NCBI GenBank assembly: GCA_022071965.1
Contig: JAJVIQ010000006.1
Coordinates: 2,351 to 66,350, forward strand
Reading direction: 5' to 3'
Source: Gammaproteobacteria bacterium
GTDB lineage: Bacteria; Pseudomonadota; Gammaproteobacteria; JAJPIJ01
DNA: 64,000 nucleotides
Positions 20,887-32,431 of the stretch are shown here, piece after piece. The notes under the pieces are model-generated. The model saw only the letters and a list, made by a program, of their open reading frames with translations, ran no database searches and was not told the DNA's origin. Each line of letters begins with the position of its first letter. Within the stretch, counting starts at the first letter, position 1. Position numbers and translations under genes: made by a program.

Positions 20887-22368
20887 GTGGACGACTCCCA
20901 TGACCTCAGCGTCATCCTGAAGTCGCGCTTCCCCCTCGTGCTCATCGAGACGCACGAGGAAAGCCGGGTGCTGGCACTGCTGGAGCGGGTGACCAATCTC
21001 GAGGAACTGGCCTTGTTCACGTGGTCGGTCACCGAAGGTCTGAGCCGGCGTGGGGCGCCCGCGGCCACGCCCAACACCACCGATCTCACCGACGCCCTGC
21101 GGCACATCGACCGCACCATCTTCAGCGGCGTCTACGTGTTCCTGGACGCGCACCCCTTTCTGAAGGAACCGCTGAACCTGCGCCTGGTGCGGGAGATCGC
21201 GCTCGACTACCAGAAGTCGCCGCGCACCCTGGTCTTCGTCAGCCCGCAACTGGAGCTCCCCGGGGAGCTCCTGCGCATGAGCGCGCGCTTCAGCCTGAAG
21301 ATGCCGGACACCGGCCAGCTCTGGCAACTGCTCATGGAGGAGATGCAGGCGTGGGAACGCGACGCCGGCCAGCGCATACAGACCGAGCCGGACGTCATCC
21401 GCCAGTTCGCCCGCCACCTGACCGGGCTGTGTCACGAGGATGCGCGCCGCCTCGTGCGCGAGGCCATCGCCCACGATGGCGCGGTAACGCGCGAGGACCT
21501 CCAGCGCATCACCCGCTTCAAGCAGAGCACGCTGGACACCGAGAGCACGCTGTCGCTGGAGCTGGACACGTGCAGTTTCGAGGCGGTCGGCGGACTGAAG
21601 GCGCTGAAGCGCTGGCTCGACGTGCGGCGCAAGGCCTTCCTCGGCGACCCGGAGAAGACCGGGATCGACCGCCCGAAGGGCATCCTTCTGACCGGTGTGC
21701 AGGGCAGCGGCAAGAGCCTGGCGGCGAAGTCCGTGGCCGGAGCCTGGGGACTGCCACTGCTGCGGCTGGACTTCGCCACGCTGTACAACAAGTTCTTCGG
21801 CGAGACCGAGCGTAACCTGCGCGAGGCGCTGAGGGCCGCCGAGGGCATGCAGCCCTGCGTGCTCTGGATCGACGAGATCGAGAAAGGCCTGGCCACCGAC
21901 CACGGCAGCGGTGTCGACGGCGGCGTGTCGCGGCGCGTGCTCGGGACCCTGCTCACCTGGCTCTCGGAACGCGATTCGCGCGTGTTCATCGTCGCCACCG
22001 CCAACGACATACAGGGGCTTCCGCCGGAGCTGCTGCGCAAGGGCCGGTTCGACGAGATCTTCTTCGTCGATCTGCCGGACGCCGAGGCGCGGCGCGACAT
22101 ACTGCGCATCCACCTGAAACGCCGCCGGCTCGACCCCGCGCAGTTCGATCTGACCGGGCTGGCGGCACTGAGCGAGGGCTTCGCGGGCGCGGAGATCGAA
22201 CAGGCCACCGTCTCCTCGCTCTACGAGGCGCACGCCGAGGGCAAACCGCTGGACAGCGCTCTCGTCGGCGCGGAGATCGAGCGTACCCGTCCGCTGTCGG
22301 TGATGATGGCCGAGCGCGTGGCGGCATTGCGGGGGTGGGCCCGCGAGCGCGCGGTGCGCGCCGACTGA
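20887..22368 (+). CDS. AAA+ ATPase (classical AAA clade) with an N-terminal domain of unknown function
   Basis: GTG start with a GAGGA RBS 7 nt upstream. Walker A GILLTGVQGSGKSLAAK, Walker B VLWIDEIEK, second region of homology ...VIVATANDIQGLPPELLRKGRFDEIFFVDLP. It lies 14 nt after the cca stop. Confidence 0.8.
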   Translation: MDDSHDLSVILKSRFPLVLIETHEESRVLALLERVTNLEELALFTWSVTEGLSRRGAPAATPNTTDLTDALRHIDRTIFSGVYVFLDAHPFLKEPLNLRLVREIALDYQKSPRTLVFVSPQLELPGELLRMSARFSLKMPDTGQLWQLLMEEMQAWERDAGQRIQTEPDVIRQFARHLTGLCHEDARRLVREAIAHDGAVTREDLQRITRFKQSTLDTESTLSLELDTCSFEAVGGLKALKRWLDVRRKAFLGDPEKTGIDRPKGILLTGVQGSGKSLAAKSVAGAWGLPLLRLDFATLYNKFFGETERNLREALRAAEGMQPCVLWIDEIEKGLATDHGSGVDGGVSRRVLGTLLTWLSERDSRVFIVATANDIQGLPPELLRKGRFDEIFFVDLPDAEARRDILRIHLKRRRLDPAQFDLTGLAALSEGFAGAEIEQATVSSLYEAHAEGKPLDSALVGAEIERTRPLSVMMAERVAALRGWARERAVRAD

Positions 22369-22417
22369 ACGCCCGCGGTACTGGGACTCGACCGCCCTAC
22401 GGGCTAAGGTTGCACAT

Positions 22418-23026
22418 ATGGCACCGCCACCGGAGAGGACCCGACGCTGCCCTTGGGTCGACATGAGCAAGCCGGACTACGTCGCCTACCACGACGAGGA
22501 ATGGGGTGTGCCGGTGCACGACGATCGGCTGATGTTCGAATTCCTCACCCTGGAGGGGGCGCAGGCCGGGCTGAGCTGGTACACGGTGCTGCGCAAGCGC
22601 GAGAACTATCGCGCCTCCTTCGACGGGTTCGACCCCGCCCGGGTCGCCCGTTACGACCGCCGCAAGGTGGCGCGGCTGATGCGGGATCCCGGCATCATCC
22701 GCAACGAGCAGAAGATCCTCGCCGCCATCAGCAATGCGCGCCGCTACCTCGAGCTGCAGGCGCAGACGGGCGGCTTCGCCGATTTCCTCTGGCAGTTCGT
22801 CGACGGCAGACCCATCGTGCACAGGCTTCGCGCCCTCCGCGACTACCCCGCCCGCACGCCCGAGTCCGACGCCATGAGCAAGGAGCTGAAGCGGCGCGGC
22901 TTCAGGTTCGTCGGCCCGACCATCTGCTACGCGCACATGCAGGCCACCGGCATGGTCAACGATCACAGCATCGGGTGCTATCGCCGCCCGCAATTGCTCG
23001 GCAACGGCAGGCCTTCGCGACGATGA
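22418..23026 (+). CDS. tag: DNA-3-methyladenine glycosylase I
   Basis: RCPWVDMSKPDYVAYHDEEWGVPVHDDRLMFEFLTLEGAQAGLSW aligns with the E. coli Tag N-terminus, including the zinc-binding residues. Confidence 0.9.
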   Translation: MAPPPERTRRCPWVDMSKPDYVAYHDEEWGVPVHDDRLMFEFLTLEGAQAGLSWYTVLRKRENYRASFDGFDPARVARYDRRKVARLMRDPGIIRNEQKILAAISNARRYLELQAQTGGFADFLWQFVDGRPIVHRLRALRDYPARTPESDAMSKELKRRGFRFVGPTICYAHMQATGMVNDHSIGCYRRPQLLGNGRPSRR

Positions 23027-23205
23027 CCTTCGACGGTGCTCGCCCGACGCCGGCTGCCACGAACCGCCCTGCACGCCGGGCGCGTCGCGAGTCAGCGAAC
23101 CGACGCTTTTCGCGAGCACCTTGCTAGTCAGATTGCGCAGACCTAAACTCCGAAGCGAAGTTGCGGTTCATCCAGTCTTTTCAATCGTGATCGATGGGGG
23201 GATAA

Positions 23206-23517
23206 ATGGCTGCAAAGAAGAAGTCACGTCCGGCAAGAAGGGGCAAGAAGAAGGCGGCGAAGAAAAAGGCACCCGCACGCAGGGCTCCAGCGCGCAAGAA
23301 GGCCAGGAAGAAGGCCCCGGCCCGCAGACCGGCGGCGAAAAAGAAGAAGGCCGCTGCGAAGCCGAAGAAAAAGAAGGCCGCTGCGAAGAAGGCCCCGGCT
23401 CGCAGGAGGCCCGCGAAGCGGAAGGCTCCCGCCAAGGCGATGCCGGCGGCCATGCCGGCCCCGGTCACCAGCCAGCCGCCAACCGAAGGCGGAGCCGATC
23501 AGCTTCCGCCGCTGTAG
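23206..23517 (+). CDS. Histone H1-like, Lys/Ala-rich basic protein (AlgP/Hc1-like tail)
   Basis: 103 aa made almost entirely of KKAA/PARR repeats (AAKKKAPARRAPARKKARKKAPARR...). The underlying DNA is a low-complexity GC/AAG repeat. Confidence 0.7.
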   Translation: MAAKKKSRPARRGKKKAAKKKAPARRAPARKKARKKAPARRPAAKKKKAAAKPKKKKAAAKKAPARRRPAKRKAPAKAMPAAMPAPVTSQPPTEGGADQLPPL

Positions 23518-23586
23518 CGCCCCGATGCGCGAGGGTGGTTGCCATGTGCGCGGCGCCCTCGCGCGGTTCTCGCCGCCCTGCGCCCC

Positions 23587-24852
23587 TCAAAGCCTGTGCA
23601 GCAGATTGCCGGCCCGCAAACCCAGCAGGCCCGTCTCGACGCCGCGCAACAGCGCCAGCACCTTGAAGCGCTCGCCCATCTCGGCGGGCAGGGTAAGCCG
23701 CCGCACCTGGTGAGCCAACGCGACCTCCCGCCTGCGATCGCCGGCGGCGCGTTCGTTCACGAGGTCCGGCAGACCCAGCGACAAGAGGAACTGCGCCTGG
23801 GTGACATAGCCGGCGACCGCGAAGCTGGCGTCCTGTGCGGCCTCGGCCGCCGCCGTGAAGTCGACCGAGGCGGTGATGTCCTGCAGGCCCACGTACTTCA
23901 GGGGATCGGCGTGCGCGCGGTGGCGGTAATGGCACAACAGCGTGCCGGTGACGCGATCCGGATGGTAGTACTCGCGCCGGCTGTAGCCGTAGTCGATAAT
24001 CAGCGCAGCGCCGCAGGTCATGACGGCGGACAGGGCCTCGAACCAGGGCCGCAGATCCACGCAGACCTCAGTCGTGTAGCCCGCCGGCAGCAGGCCGTAT
24101 TCGCGCTCGACGCCGCCGATGTACTTGGCGAGCGCCGCGTCCGCCGCCAGTGGCATCGCCTTCCAGCAGAAGCCGCCTGCCGCCAGACCCACGTGCAGCT
24201 CGCTCCAGGCATGCGGGGCCTCCTTGCGCAGCAGCGCCACCGGCATAGCATCGAGCACCTCGTTGGCGAGCGCCACCCCGGCGAATTCATCCGGCAACGC
24301 ATCCAGCCAGCGCACGCGACCGGTAAGCTCCGGAGGCAGTCCACCCAGCAGCTGGCGTTGCCGTTCACGCAGATCGGCGCTCACCTCCAGGATGAGATAT
24401 GCATCGGGCAGCGCGCCGAGGCGCTCGAGCTCGATCAGCAGGTCGTGCGCCAGCCGTCCGCTGCCGGCGCCGAACTCCAGCACGCCGCCGCCGAGGTCGC
24501 CGAGGAGTTGCGCCGCCTGGCGCGCGAGACATGCACCGAACAGCCCCGAGATCTCCGGCGCGGTGACGAAATCGCCGGCGGCGCCGAACTTGGCGGCTCC
24601 CGCGGAATAGTAGCCGAGGCCGGGTTCGTACAAGGCCATCGCCATGTACTGCCGGAAGGGGATGACGCCGCCCGCGGCGGCGATGGCGTCGGAGATGCGC
24701 CCGGCCAGGGTGCCGCTGACGGCGAGGGCCTCCGCCGAGGGCGGCGGGAGATCCAATTCCGTGCGCGCGCTCAACGGTCTTTCTGCATGTTGCCGACGAG
24801 GTCCGGAAACTCCGTCTCGAGATACCAGCGATTCCGCTCCTCGTCGAACCAC
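23587..24852 (-). CDS. Class I SAM-dependent methyltransferase of the MidA/NDUFAF7 family (DUF185)
   Basis: ...IPFRQYMAMALYEPGLGYYSAGAAKFGAAGDFVTAPEISGLFG...LEFGAGSGRLAHDLL are the MidA family blocks. The longest ORF overlaps the downstream lipoprotein gene by 82 nt. A TTG at 24774 that overlaps the lipoprotein stop (TTGA) is an alternative start. Confidence 0.75.
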   Translation of the reverse strand: MVRRGAESLVSRDGVSGPRRQHAERPLSARTELDLPPPSAEALAVSGTLAGRISDAIAAAGGVIPFRQYMAMALYEPGLGYYSAGAAKFGAAGDFVTAPEISGLFGACLARQAAQLLGDLGGGVLEFGAGSGRLAHDLLIELERLGALPDAYLILEVSADLRERQRQLLGGLPPELTGRVRWLDALPDEFAGVALANEVLDAMPVALLRKEAPHAWSELHVGLAAGGFCWKAMPLAADAALAKYIGGVEREYGLLPAGYTTEVCVDLRPWFEALSAVMTCGAALIIDYGYSRREYYHPDRVTGTLLCHYRHRAHADPLKYVGLQDITASVDFTAAAEAAQDASFAVAGYVTQAQFLLSLGLPDLVNERAAGDRRREVALAHQVRRLTLPAEMGERFKVLALLRGVETGLLGLRAGNLLHRL

Positions 24853-25205
24853 CAGTGCTGCGTCTGGGTGAGGCTGTGCAGGACGTTGGATTCCTCGTGG
24901 TAGTAGGTCATCGCCACCTTGACCGCCGCCTCGGTCTCCCCGGGCGTCACGACCTGCTCGACCACGTCGTAGGACGCGAGCCGAACCTGCTTCAGCGCTT
25001 CGAGATCCACCTCCGCGAGCTGCTCGCCCTTGCCAGGACGAAACCGGACATAAGTGAGCGCGCTCTCGTAATCCCCCCAGCGCATCAGGATGCGATACTC
25101 GTTGAGCGTATCGGACAGCGAGTTGGCCCGCTTCTGCGACTGCAGGCTGCCGCAGCCGCCCAGCAGCAATCCGGCGACACCCATGAGCATGACGAGTCTC
25201 TTCAT
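24771..25205 (-). CDS. Lipoprotein of unknown function
   Basis: Signal peptide with lipobox LLLGGC, 144 aa, no recognised domain. Confidence 0.6.
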   Translation of the reverse strand: MKRLVMLMGVAGLLLGGCGSLQSQKRANSLSDTLNEYRILMRWGDYESALTYVRFRPGKGEQLAEVDLEALKQVRLASYDVVEQVVTPGETEAAVKVAMTYYHEESNVLHSLTQTQHWWFDEERNRWYLETEFPDLVGNMQKDR

Positions 25206-25236
25206 ACCCTCCCCTCGCGCGCGCGTCGCCGCATGA

Positions 25237-25590
25237 TCAGCAGTGACCGCGCTCGATGACCACGCCGACGTCGCGCACGCCGCGCACCGCGCCCTGCTTG
25301 TTGATCTTCAGCCGCACCCACGGCACCTTGAACTCGTTGAGCAGTAAGTCGGCGATGCGCTCGGCCAGCGTCTCCACCAGGTTGAAGCGGCTTTCCTCGA
25401 CGTAGGCGGTGATGCGCGTGGCGACCGCGCCGTAGTCGATCGTATCGCGCAGATCGTCGGTCGCGGCGGGTCTGCGGTTGTCGATGCCGAAATCCAGGTC
25501 AATGACCAGCGTCTGGCGGATGCGCCGCTCCCACTCGAACACGCCAATCGTCGCCTCGATGCGCAGGTCGTGGATGTAGACGATGTCCAT
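25237..25590 (-). CDS. folB: Dihydroneopterin aldolase
   Basis: MDIVYIHDLRIEATIGVFEWERRIRQTLVIDLDF...VRLKINKQGAV is colinear with E. coli FolB. Only the C-terminal 117 aa of the ORF-track ORF are real. Divergent from plsY as in E. coli (folB-plsY). Confidence 0.85.
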   Translation of the reverse strand: MDIVYIHDLRIEATIGVFEWERRIRQTLVIDLDFGIDNRRPAATDDLRDTIDYGAVATRITAYVEESRFNLVETLAERIADLLLNEFKVPWVRLKINKQGAVRGVRDVGVVIERGHC

Positions 25591-25686
25591 GGATCCTCTC
25601 GAATGTCCTGGTCGCCCTGCCCGCCCGCCACTAGAACCGATGCGATCTTGACCTGTCAAGCGCGAGCCAGTCCAATAGCGGCCCTG

Positions 25687-26298
25687 ATGACCGCGGCCAT
25701 CCTCATCGTCGTCGCCTATCTGCTCGGATCCCTGTCCGCGGCCATCATTGTCTGCCGCGCGATCGGCGCACCGGACCCGCGCACCGTCGGTTCCGGCAAC
25801 CCGGGCGCCACCAACGTGCTGCGCGTGGCCGGCAGGAAGGCGGCTGCGGCTACGCTGCTCGGTGATTCGCTGAAGGGACTGTTGCCGGTTCTCCTCGGGC
25901 GCGCGCTGGGGCTGCCGATCGATGCGCTGGCGGCGATCGGATTCGCCGCCTTCCTGGGCCATCTTTATCCCGTCTTCTTCCAGTTCCAGGGCGGCAAGGG
26001 AGTGGCGACCCTCATCGGCGCGCTGCTCGGCATCGCGTGGCCGCTGGCCGTCTTCTTCGTGGCGATCTGGTTCGTGGTCGCCAGGCTGAGCAAGCTGTCC
26101 TCGCTCGCCGCGATCACGGCCTCAGTGCTCACGCCGCTGTACGCCTGGTTCCGCGGCTACCCCGCGCTGACCGTGCTGGCCGTCCTCGCCATGGTCGTGC
26201 TGCTCCTCTGGCGGCATCGCTCCAACATCAGGAAGCTCATCGACGGCACGGAATCGCGTATCGGCAGCAAGTCTTCCACCGACCCGCCGTCGGAGTAG
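25687..26298 (+). CDS. plsY: Glycerol-3-phosphate acyltransferase PlsY
   Basis: ...LGSLSAAIIVCRAIGAPDPRTVGSGNPGATNVLR...GKGVAT... are the PlsY/YgiH signature blocks. The start is at ATG 25687. Confidence 0.9.
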   Translation: MTAAILIVVAYLLGSLSAAIIVCRAIGAPDPRTVGSGNPGATNVLRVAGRKAAAATLLGDSLKGLLPVLLGRALGLPIDALAAIGFAAFLGHLYPVFFQFQGGKGVATLIGALLGIAWPLAVFFVAIWFVVARLSKLSSLAAITASVLTPLYAWFRGYPALTVLAVLAMVVLLLWRHRSNIRKLIDGTESRIGSKSSTDPPSE

Positions 26299-26538
26299 CG
26301 CCACCCTGCGCAGGTCGTGGCAAGCGCGGTGGGGTCTGCCGCTTCTTAGCCGCGGCACCGTGTTGCGAGCGGACTGCCGGGGCTTGCCTGGCGCGCCTCG
26401 GCGGCGCGCGCAGCATGGATGGACGAGCACGACGCCGCGGTAGCAAGCGGTACAGGGATGTACCGCGCGGCGGTAGCCAGGCAAGCCCCGGCAGTCCGCC
26501 GGCGACGACGTGCTTTGCTCGGTACTCGGCCGGCTCGG

Positions 26539-27612
26539 TCAGGCCGCCGGCGGCAGCTCTGCCATCGGCCAGCGCGGATAGGCCTTGAAGGCCAGCGGCT
26601 CGCGGTGACCCGCCGCGAGGCGCAGCGCGCCGGCAAAGGCGATCATCGCGCCGTTGTCGGTACAGAACGCCGGACGCGGATAGACGACGCGCGCGCCGAG
26701 CCCGGCGGCGATCTCCGCCAGGCGCTCCCGCAGCCTCCCGTTCGCGCTCACGCCTCCGGCGGCGATCAGGCACTTCAGTCCGGTCTCCGTCAGCGCGCGG
26801 CGGCATTTGATCGCGAGAGTCTCCACCACCGCATCCGAGAAGGCCCGCGCGATGTCGGCCCTGGTCTGGGCGTCGTCGCCCTCCTGCTGCAGCGTGTTCA
26901 GCGCGCAGGTCTTCAGGCCGGAAAAGCTGAAGTCCAGACCCGGCCTGTTGGTCATGGGCCGTGGGAAGTCGAAACGACCGGGATCGCCGTCGCGCGCCAG
27001 CCGCTCGATGGCCGGGCCTCCCGGGTAGCCCAGCCCCAGCAGCTTGGCCGTCTTGTCGAAGGCCTCTCCGGCGGCATCGTCCAGCGACTCCCCGAGCAGG
27101 GTGTAGCGTCCGACACCGTCGACCCGGAACAACTGGGTATGCCCCCCCGAGACGAGCAGGGCGACGAACGGAAAGGTCGGCGGATCCGACTCCAGCAGCG
27201 GCGCCAGCAGATGCGCCTCCATGTGGTGCACGGCGACGGAAGGTATCCCGAGCGACCAGGCCAGCGACCGCCCTACGGCCGCCCCGACCAGCAGCGCGCC
27301 GATCAGGCCCGGTCCGGCCGTGTACGCCACCCCGCCCAGGCCGCGCGCGGAGATACCCGCCGCGTGAAGGACTTCCCGGATGAGCGGCAGGGTCTTGCGC
27401 ACGTGGTCGCGGGAGGCCAGCTCCGGCACGATGCCGCCATATTTCGCGTGCAGGTCGACCTGGCTGTAGAGTGCGTGCGCGAGCAGGCCCGCGCCCGGCC
27501 CGCGACGCGGGTCATAGACCGCCACGCCGGTCTCGTCGCAGGAGGTTTCCACGCCCAGCACCGGCCCGGCGATCGCACCGATGGGCACCGAGGCCGGCCT
27601 TGCAATTGCCAT
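26539..27612 (-). CDS. tsaD: tRNA N6-adenosine threonylcarbamoyltransferase TsaD (Kae1/YgjD)
   Basis: [17 protein letters not shown]...[13 protein letters not shown]...LVSGGHTQL...[10 protein letters not shown]. Divergent from rpsU, the conserved tsaD<->rpsU-dnaG-rpoD arrangement. Confidence 0.9.
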   Translation of the reverse strand: MAIARPASVPIGAIAGPVLGVETSCDETGVAVYDPRRGPGAGLLAHALYSQVDLHAKYGGIVPELASRDHVRKTLPLIREVLHAAGISARGLGGVAYTAGPGLIGALLVGAAVGRSLAWSLGIPSVAVHHMEAHLLAPLLESDPPTFPFVALLVSGGHTQLFRVDGVGRYTLLGESLDDAAGEAFDKTAKLLGLGYPGGPAIERLARDGDPGRFDFPRPMTNRPGLDFSFSGLKTCALNTLQQEGDDAQTRADIARAFSDAVVETLAIKCRRALTETGLKCLIAAGGVSANGRLRERLAEIAAGLGARVVYPRPAFCTDNGAMIAFAGALRLAAGHREPLAFKAYPRWPMAELPPAA

Positions 27613-27670
27613 GTCGTCCACTACAATACCTGCCCTTTCAAACACCTGTCGTTCAGCGTTAGGAGTACGA

Positions 27671-27955
27671 ATGCCGTCAGTCAAAGTCCGTGAGAACGAG
27701 CCGTTCGACGTCGCCCTGCGTCGCTTCAAGCGCGCCTGCGAGAAGGCCGGCATCCTTGCCGAGATCCATCGCCGCGAGTTTTACGAGAAGCCGACGCAGG
27801 TGCGCAAGCGCAAGGCCGCCGCGGCGGTGAAACGCTGGCAGAAGAAGATGATTCGCTCCAACATGACCATGGCCCAGCGCGCACGCGCGGCCGCGCAGCG
27901 CAATGCCGCACGCGCCGGTGGTCGTGGCGGCCCCCGCGGCCCGCGTTCGTACTGA
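27671..27955 (+). CDS. rpsU: 30S ribosomal protein S21 with an Ala/Arg/Gly-rich C-terminal extension of about 24 aa
   Basis: [48 protein letters not shown] is canonical S21, with an AGGAGT RBS 8 nt upstream. The ORF continues to 95 aa. Confidence 0.9.
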   Translation: MPSVKVRENEPFDVALRRFKRACEKAGILAEIHRREFYEKPTQVRKRKAAAAVKRWQKKMIRSNMTMAQRARAAAQRNAARAGGRGGPRGPRSY

Positions 27956-28010
27956 CGCCCGGCACAGTCCCCTGTGGCGCGCCCGATGGCGCGCCACGCA
28001 TCTCCGGCCG

Positions 28011-28460
28011 ACCGTGAGCCTGAAGGATCGCATCAACGAGGAAGTGAAGACCGCCATGCGTGCCCAGGAAAGGCGGCGCCTGGGGATACTGCGCCTCATC
28101 ACGGCGGCCATCAAGCAGAAAGAAGTCGACGAGCGGATTACGCTCGACGACGCGCAGGTGTTGGTGACGCTGGAGAAGATGGTCAAGCAGCGCCGCGACT
28201 CCATCCAGCAGTACCAGGCCGGCAACCGACCGGACCTGGCCGAGCAGGAGCAGTTCGAGATCGGCATCATCCAGGGTTTCCTGCCCGCGCAGCTCTCCGA
28301 GGCGGAGATCGACGCCGCCGTCGAGGGGGCCATCGCCGCCACCGGCGCGGCGAGCGCCCGGGACATGGGCAAGGTGATGGGCGCCCTGAAGTCCAAGCTC
28401 GCGGGCCAGGCCGACATGACGGTGGTCTCCGCGCGGGTCAGGCAGAAGCTCGGGGCCTAG
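28011..28460 (+). CDS. GatB/YqeY domain protein
   Basis: GTG start, VSLKDRINEEVKTAMRAQE...VLVTLEKMVKQRRDSIQQY.... A YqeY-like gene between rpsU and dnaG is seen in many proteobacteria. Confidence 0.75.
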   Translation, partial: TVSLKDRINEEVKTAMRAQERRRLGILRLITAAIKQKEVDERITLDDAQVLVTLEKMVKQRRDSIQQYQAGNRPDLAEQEQFEIGIIQGFLPAQLSEAEIDAAVEGAIAATGAASARDMGKVMGALKSKLAGQADMTVVSARVRQKLGA

Positions 28461-28533
28461 CCTCCACGCCCGTCCGCTCGCGACGATCCGCCGGAAACGC
28501 AGCGGCCGCGGCCTCGGTTATCCTACGCCCGAG

Positions 28534-30303
28534 ATGGCTGGGCGCATTCCGGAATCCTTCATCAACGACCTGCTCGCGCGCATCGACATCGTCGATGTGA
28601 TCGACGAGCGCGTGCCGCTGAAGAAGGCCGGCAAGAGCTACCAGGCGCGCTGCCCCTTCCACGAGGAGCGCACGCCCTCCTTCACGGTCGCGCCCGACAA
28701 GCAGTTCTACTACTGCTTCGGCTGTGGCGCGAGCGGCACTGCGATCGGCTTCCTGATGGAGTACGACCGGCTCGACTTCGTGGAGGCGGTGCACGACCTG
28801 GCCGCCCGGGTCGGCATGACCGTGCCCACGGAGACCGGCGCGGGACCGGGCGCGAGGAGCGGCGACACCGCGCGCCTGTACCACCTGCTCGAGCAGACGC
28901 AGCAATATTATTCGCGCGAGCTCAGGGACCACCCGCAGTCGGAGCGCGCGAAGAATTACCTCAAGGCCCGCGGGCTGGACGGCCCGACGGCTGCCGCGTT
29001 CAGGCTCGGCTACGCCCCGCCCGGCTGGGACAACCTGCTCAAGGCCGTGGGCGCCAACCCCGAGGCCGTGCGCGATCTCGAGGTCGCCGGCATGCTCGTG
29101 CCCAAGGAGGGCTCTGGCGCGACCGTCGGCCAGAGCCGGCACTATGACCGCTTTCGCGACCGCATCATGTTCCCGATCCACGACCACCGCGGCCGCGTCA
29201 TCGGCTTTGGCGGCCGCATCCTCGAGCAGGGCGAACCGAAGTATCTCAACTCCCCCGAGACACCCGTCTTTCACAAGGGACGCGAGCTCTACGGGCTCTT
29301 TCATGCCCGCAAGGCCAACCGGCAGCTCGAGCGGTTGTTCGTGGTCGAGGGGTACATGGATGTCATCGCCCTGCACCAGCACGGGGTGAGCAACGCTGTG
29401 GCCACGCTCGGCACCGCGACCACCCGCGATCACCTCGAACGCCTGTTCCGTGTCACCCCCGAGGTCGTGTTCTGCTTCGACGGCGACGAGGCCGGCCACA
29501 AGGCGGCGTGGCGGGCGCTCGAGACCTCGCTGCCGCTGCTCGGGGAGGGGCATTACGTGAGCTTCCTGTTCCTGCCCGAGGGCGAGGACCCCGATACCCT
29601 GGTGCGCAAGGTCGGCGTGGGCGCCTTCGAGGACGCCGCGCGGTTCACGCCGCTCTCGGCCTTCCTGTTCGACACCCTCGCCGCGCAGGTCAACCTCGCC
29701 ACCCTGGACGGGCGCGCCCGGCTGATCGATCTGGCCAAGCCGCTGCTCTCGCTGGTGCCGGGCGGCGCTCTCAAGCAAATGCTGGCGCTGCGGCTGTCGC
29801 GGTTGTCGGACCTGGATCTGAGCACGCTGGCGCCCATGATCGGCGGCGTGCGGGTACCGGCGCGCGCCGACGCCCGGCAGGGGGCGACGGCGCCCCCGCG
29901 CGAGGGACGGTCGCTCGTTCGCCATGCAATCACGCTGCTCCTGCACGTGCCGGCGCTGGCGCTCAGGGTGGAGCGGGCCGAACAGCTCGTGCGTTCCGGC
30001 CAGGGCGGCGCCGACCTGCTCTCTGAACTCATCGCATTCGTGCAGTCCAATCCCAATGCCGGCAGCGGTGCATTGATCGAACACTGGCGTGACCGCCCCG
30101 AGGGGCGACACCTGCAGAAGCTGCTGGCGCAGGACCTGACGACCCCGGTCGACGGTGTCGAGGCAGAGTTCCTGGCCGCGATAGACCGGCTTCGAGCCCT
30201 GGCGCACAAGACGATGCGCGCCGAACTTGCACGTAAGCCATTGAAAGATATGACTGAAGAGGAAAAGTCCCTGCTACGTCAGTTGCCGTTGTCGGAAAAG
30301 TGA
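28534..30303 (+). CDS. dnaG: DNA primase
   Basis: Zinc ribbon CPFHEERTPSFTV...YYCFGCGASG, TOPRIM domain (EGYMDVIAL...FDGDEAG) and a C-terminal DnaB-interaction domain. Confidence 0.95.
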   Translation: MAGRIPESFINDLLARIDIVDVIDERVPLKKAGKSYQARCPFHEERTPSFTVAPDKQFYYCFGCGASGTAIGFLMEYDRLDFVEAVHDLAARVGMTVPTETGAGPGARSGDTARLYHLLEQTQQYYSRELRDHPQSERAKNYLKARGLDGPTAAAFRLGYAPPGWDNLLKAVGANPEAVRDLEVAGMLVPKEGSGATVGQSRHYDRFRDRIMFPIHDHRGRVIGFGGRILEQGEPKYLNSPETPVFHKGRELYGLFHARKANRQLERLFVVEGYMDVIALHQHGVSNAVATLGTATTRDHLERLFRVTPEVVFCFDGDEAGHKAAWRALETSLPLLGEGHYVSFLFLPEGEDPDTLVRKVGVGAFEDAARFTPLSAFLFDTLAAQVNLATLDGRARLIDLAKPLLSLVPGGALKQMLALRLSRLSDLDLSTLAPMIGGVRVPARADARQGATAPPREGRSLVRHAITLLLHVPALALRVERAEQLVRSGQGGADLLSELIAFVQSNPNAGSGALIEHWRDRPEGRHLQKLLAQDLTTPVDGVEAEFLAAIDRLRALAHKTMRAELARKPLKDMTEEEKSLLRQLPLSEK

Positions 30304-30473
30304 CGAGCCCGACCTGCGGCTGACAGCGCCCGCCCTGCTCCTGTAGAATCCGCGGTCCTTTGCTGGTGCCCACGACCCTGGCGCCCGGCGGTTCCTGGAC
30401 TAGACTTAGGTCTCAACAGGGGCCCCAAATCGATTTTTAGACAGACACTTAAGATTAGACCCGCCAGAGACCG

Positions 30474-32339
<1,866 letters not shown>

Positions 32340-32366
32340 CGCCGCAAGATCGCTGTAGCCGCTCTC

Positions 32367-32410
32367 GCCCTGATTCATCCCCTCTCTCCCCTTGGGAGAG
32401 GGCCAGGGCG
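32367..32410 (+). terminator. Possible hairpin downstream of rpoD (GC-rich imperfect stem, no U-tract)
   Basis: gccctg...ccctctc-tccccttgg-gagaggg...cagggc forms nested inverted repeats between the rpoD stop and the tRNA. Confidence 0.3.
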
Positions 32411-32431
32411 AGGGGAAAGCAATCTCGCACT

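Noticed and set aside
23587-24852. Full-length start of the MidA-like gene at ATG 24852
   Set aside because: It would overlap the downstream lipoprotein gene by 82 nt. A TTG at 24774 forming a TTGA junction is equally plausible. The coordinate was kept as the longest ORF, with the caveat noted.
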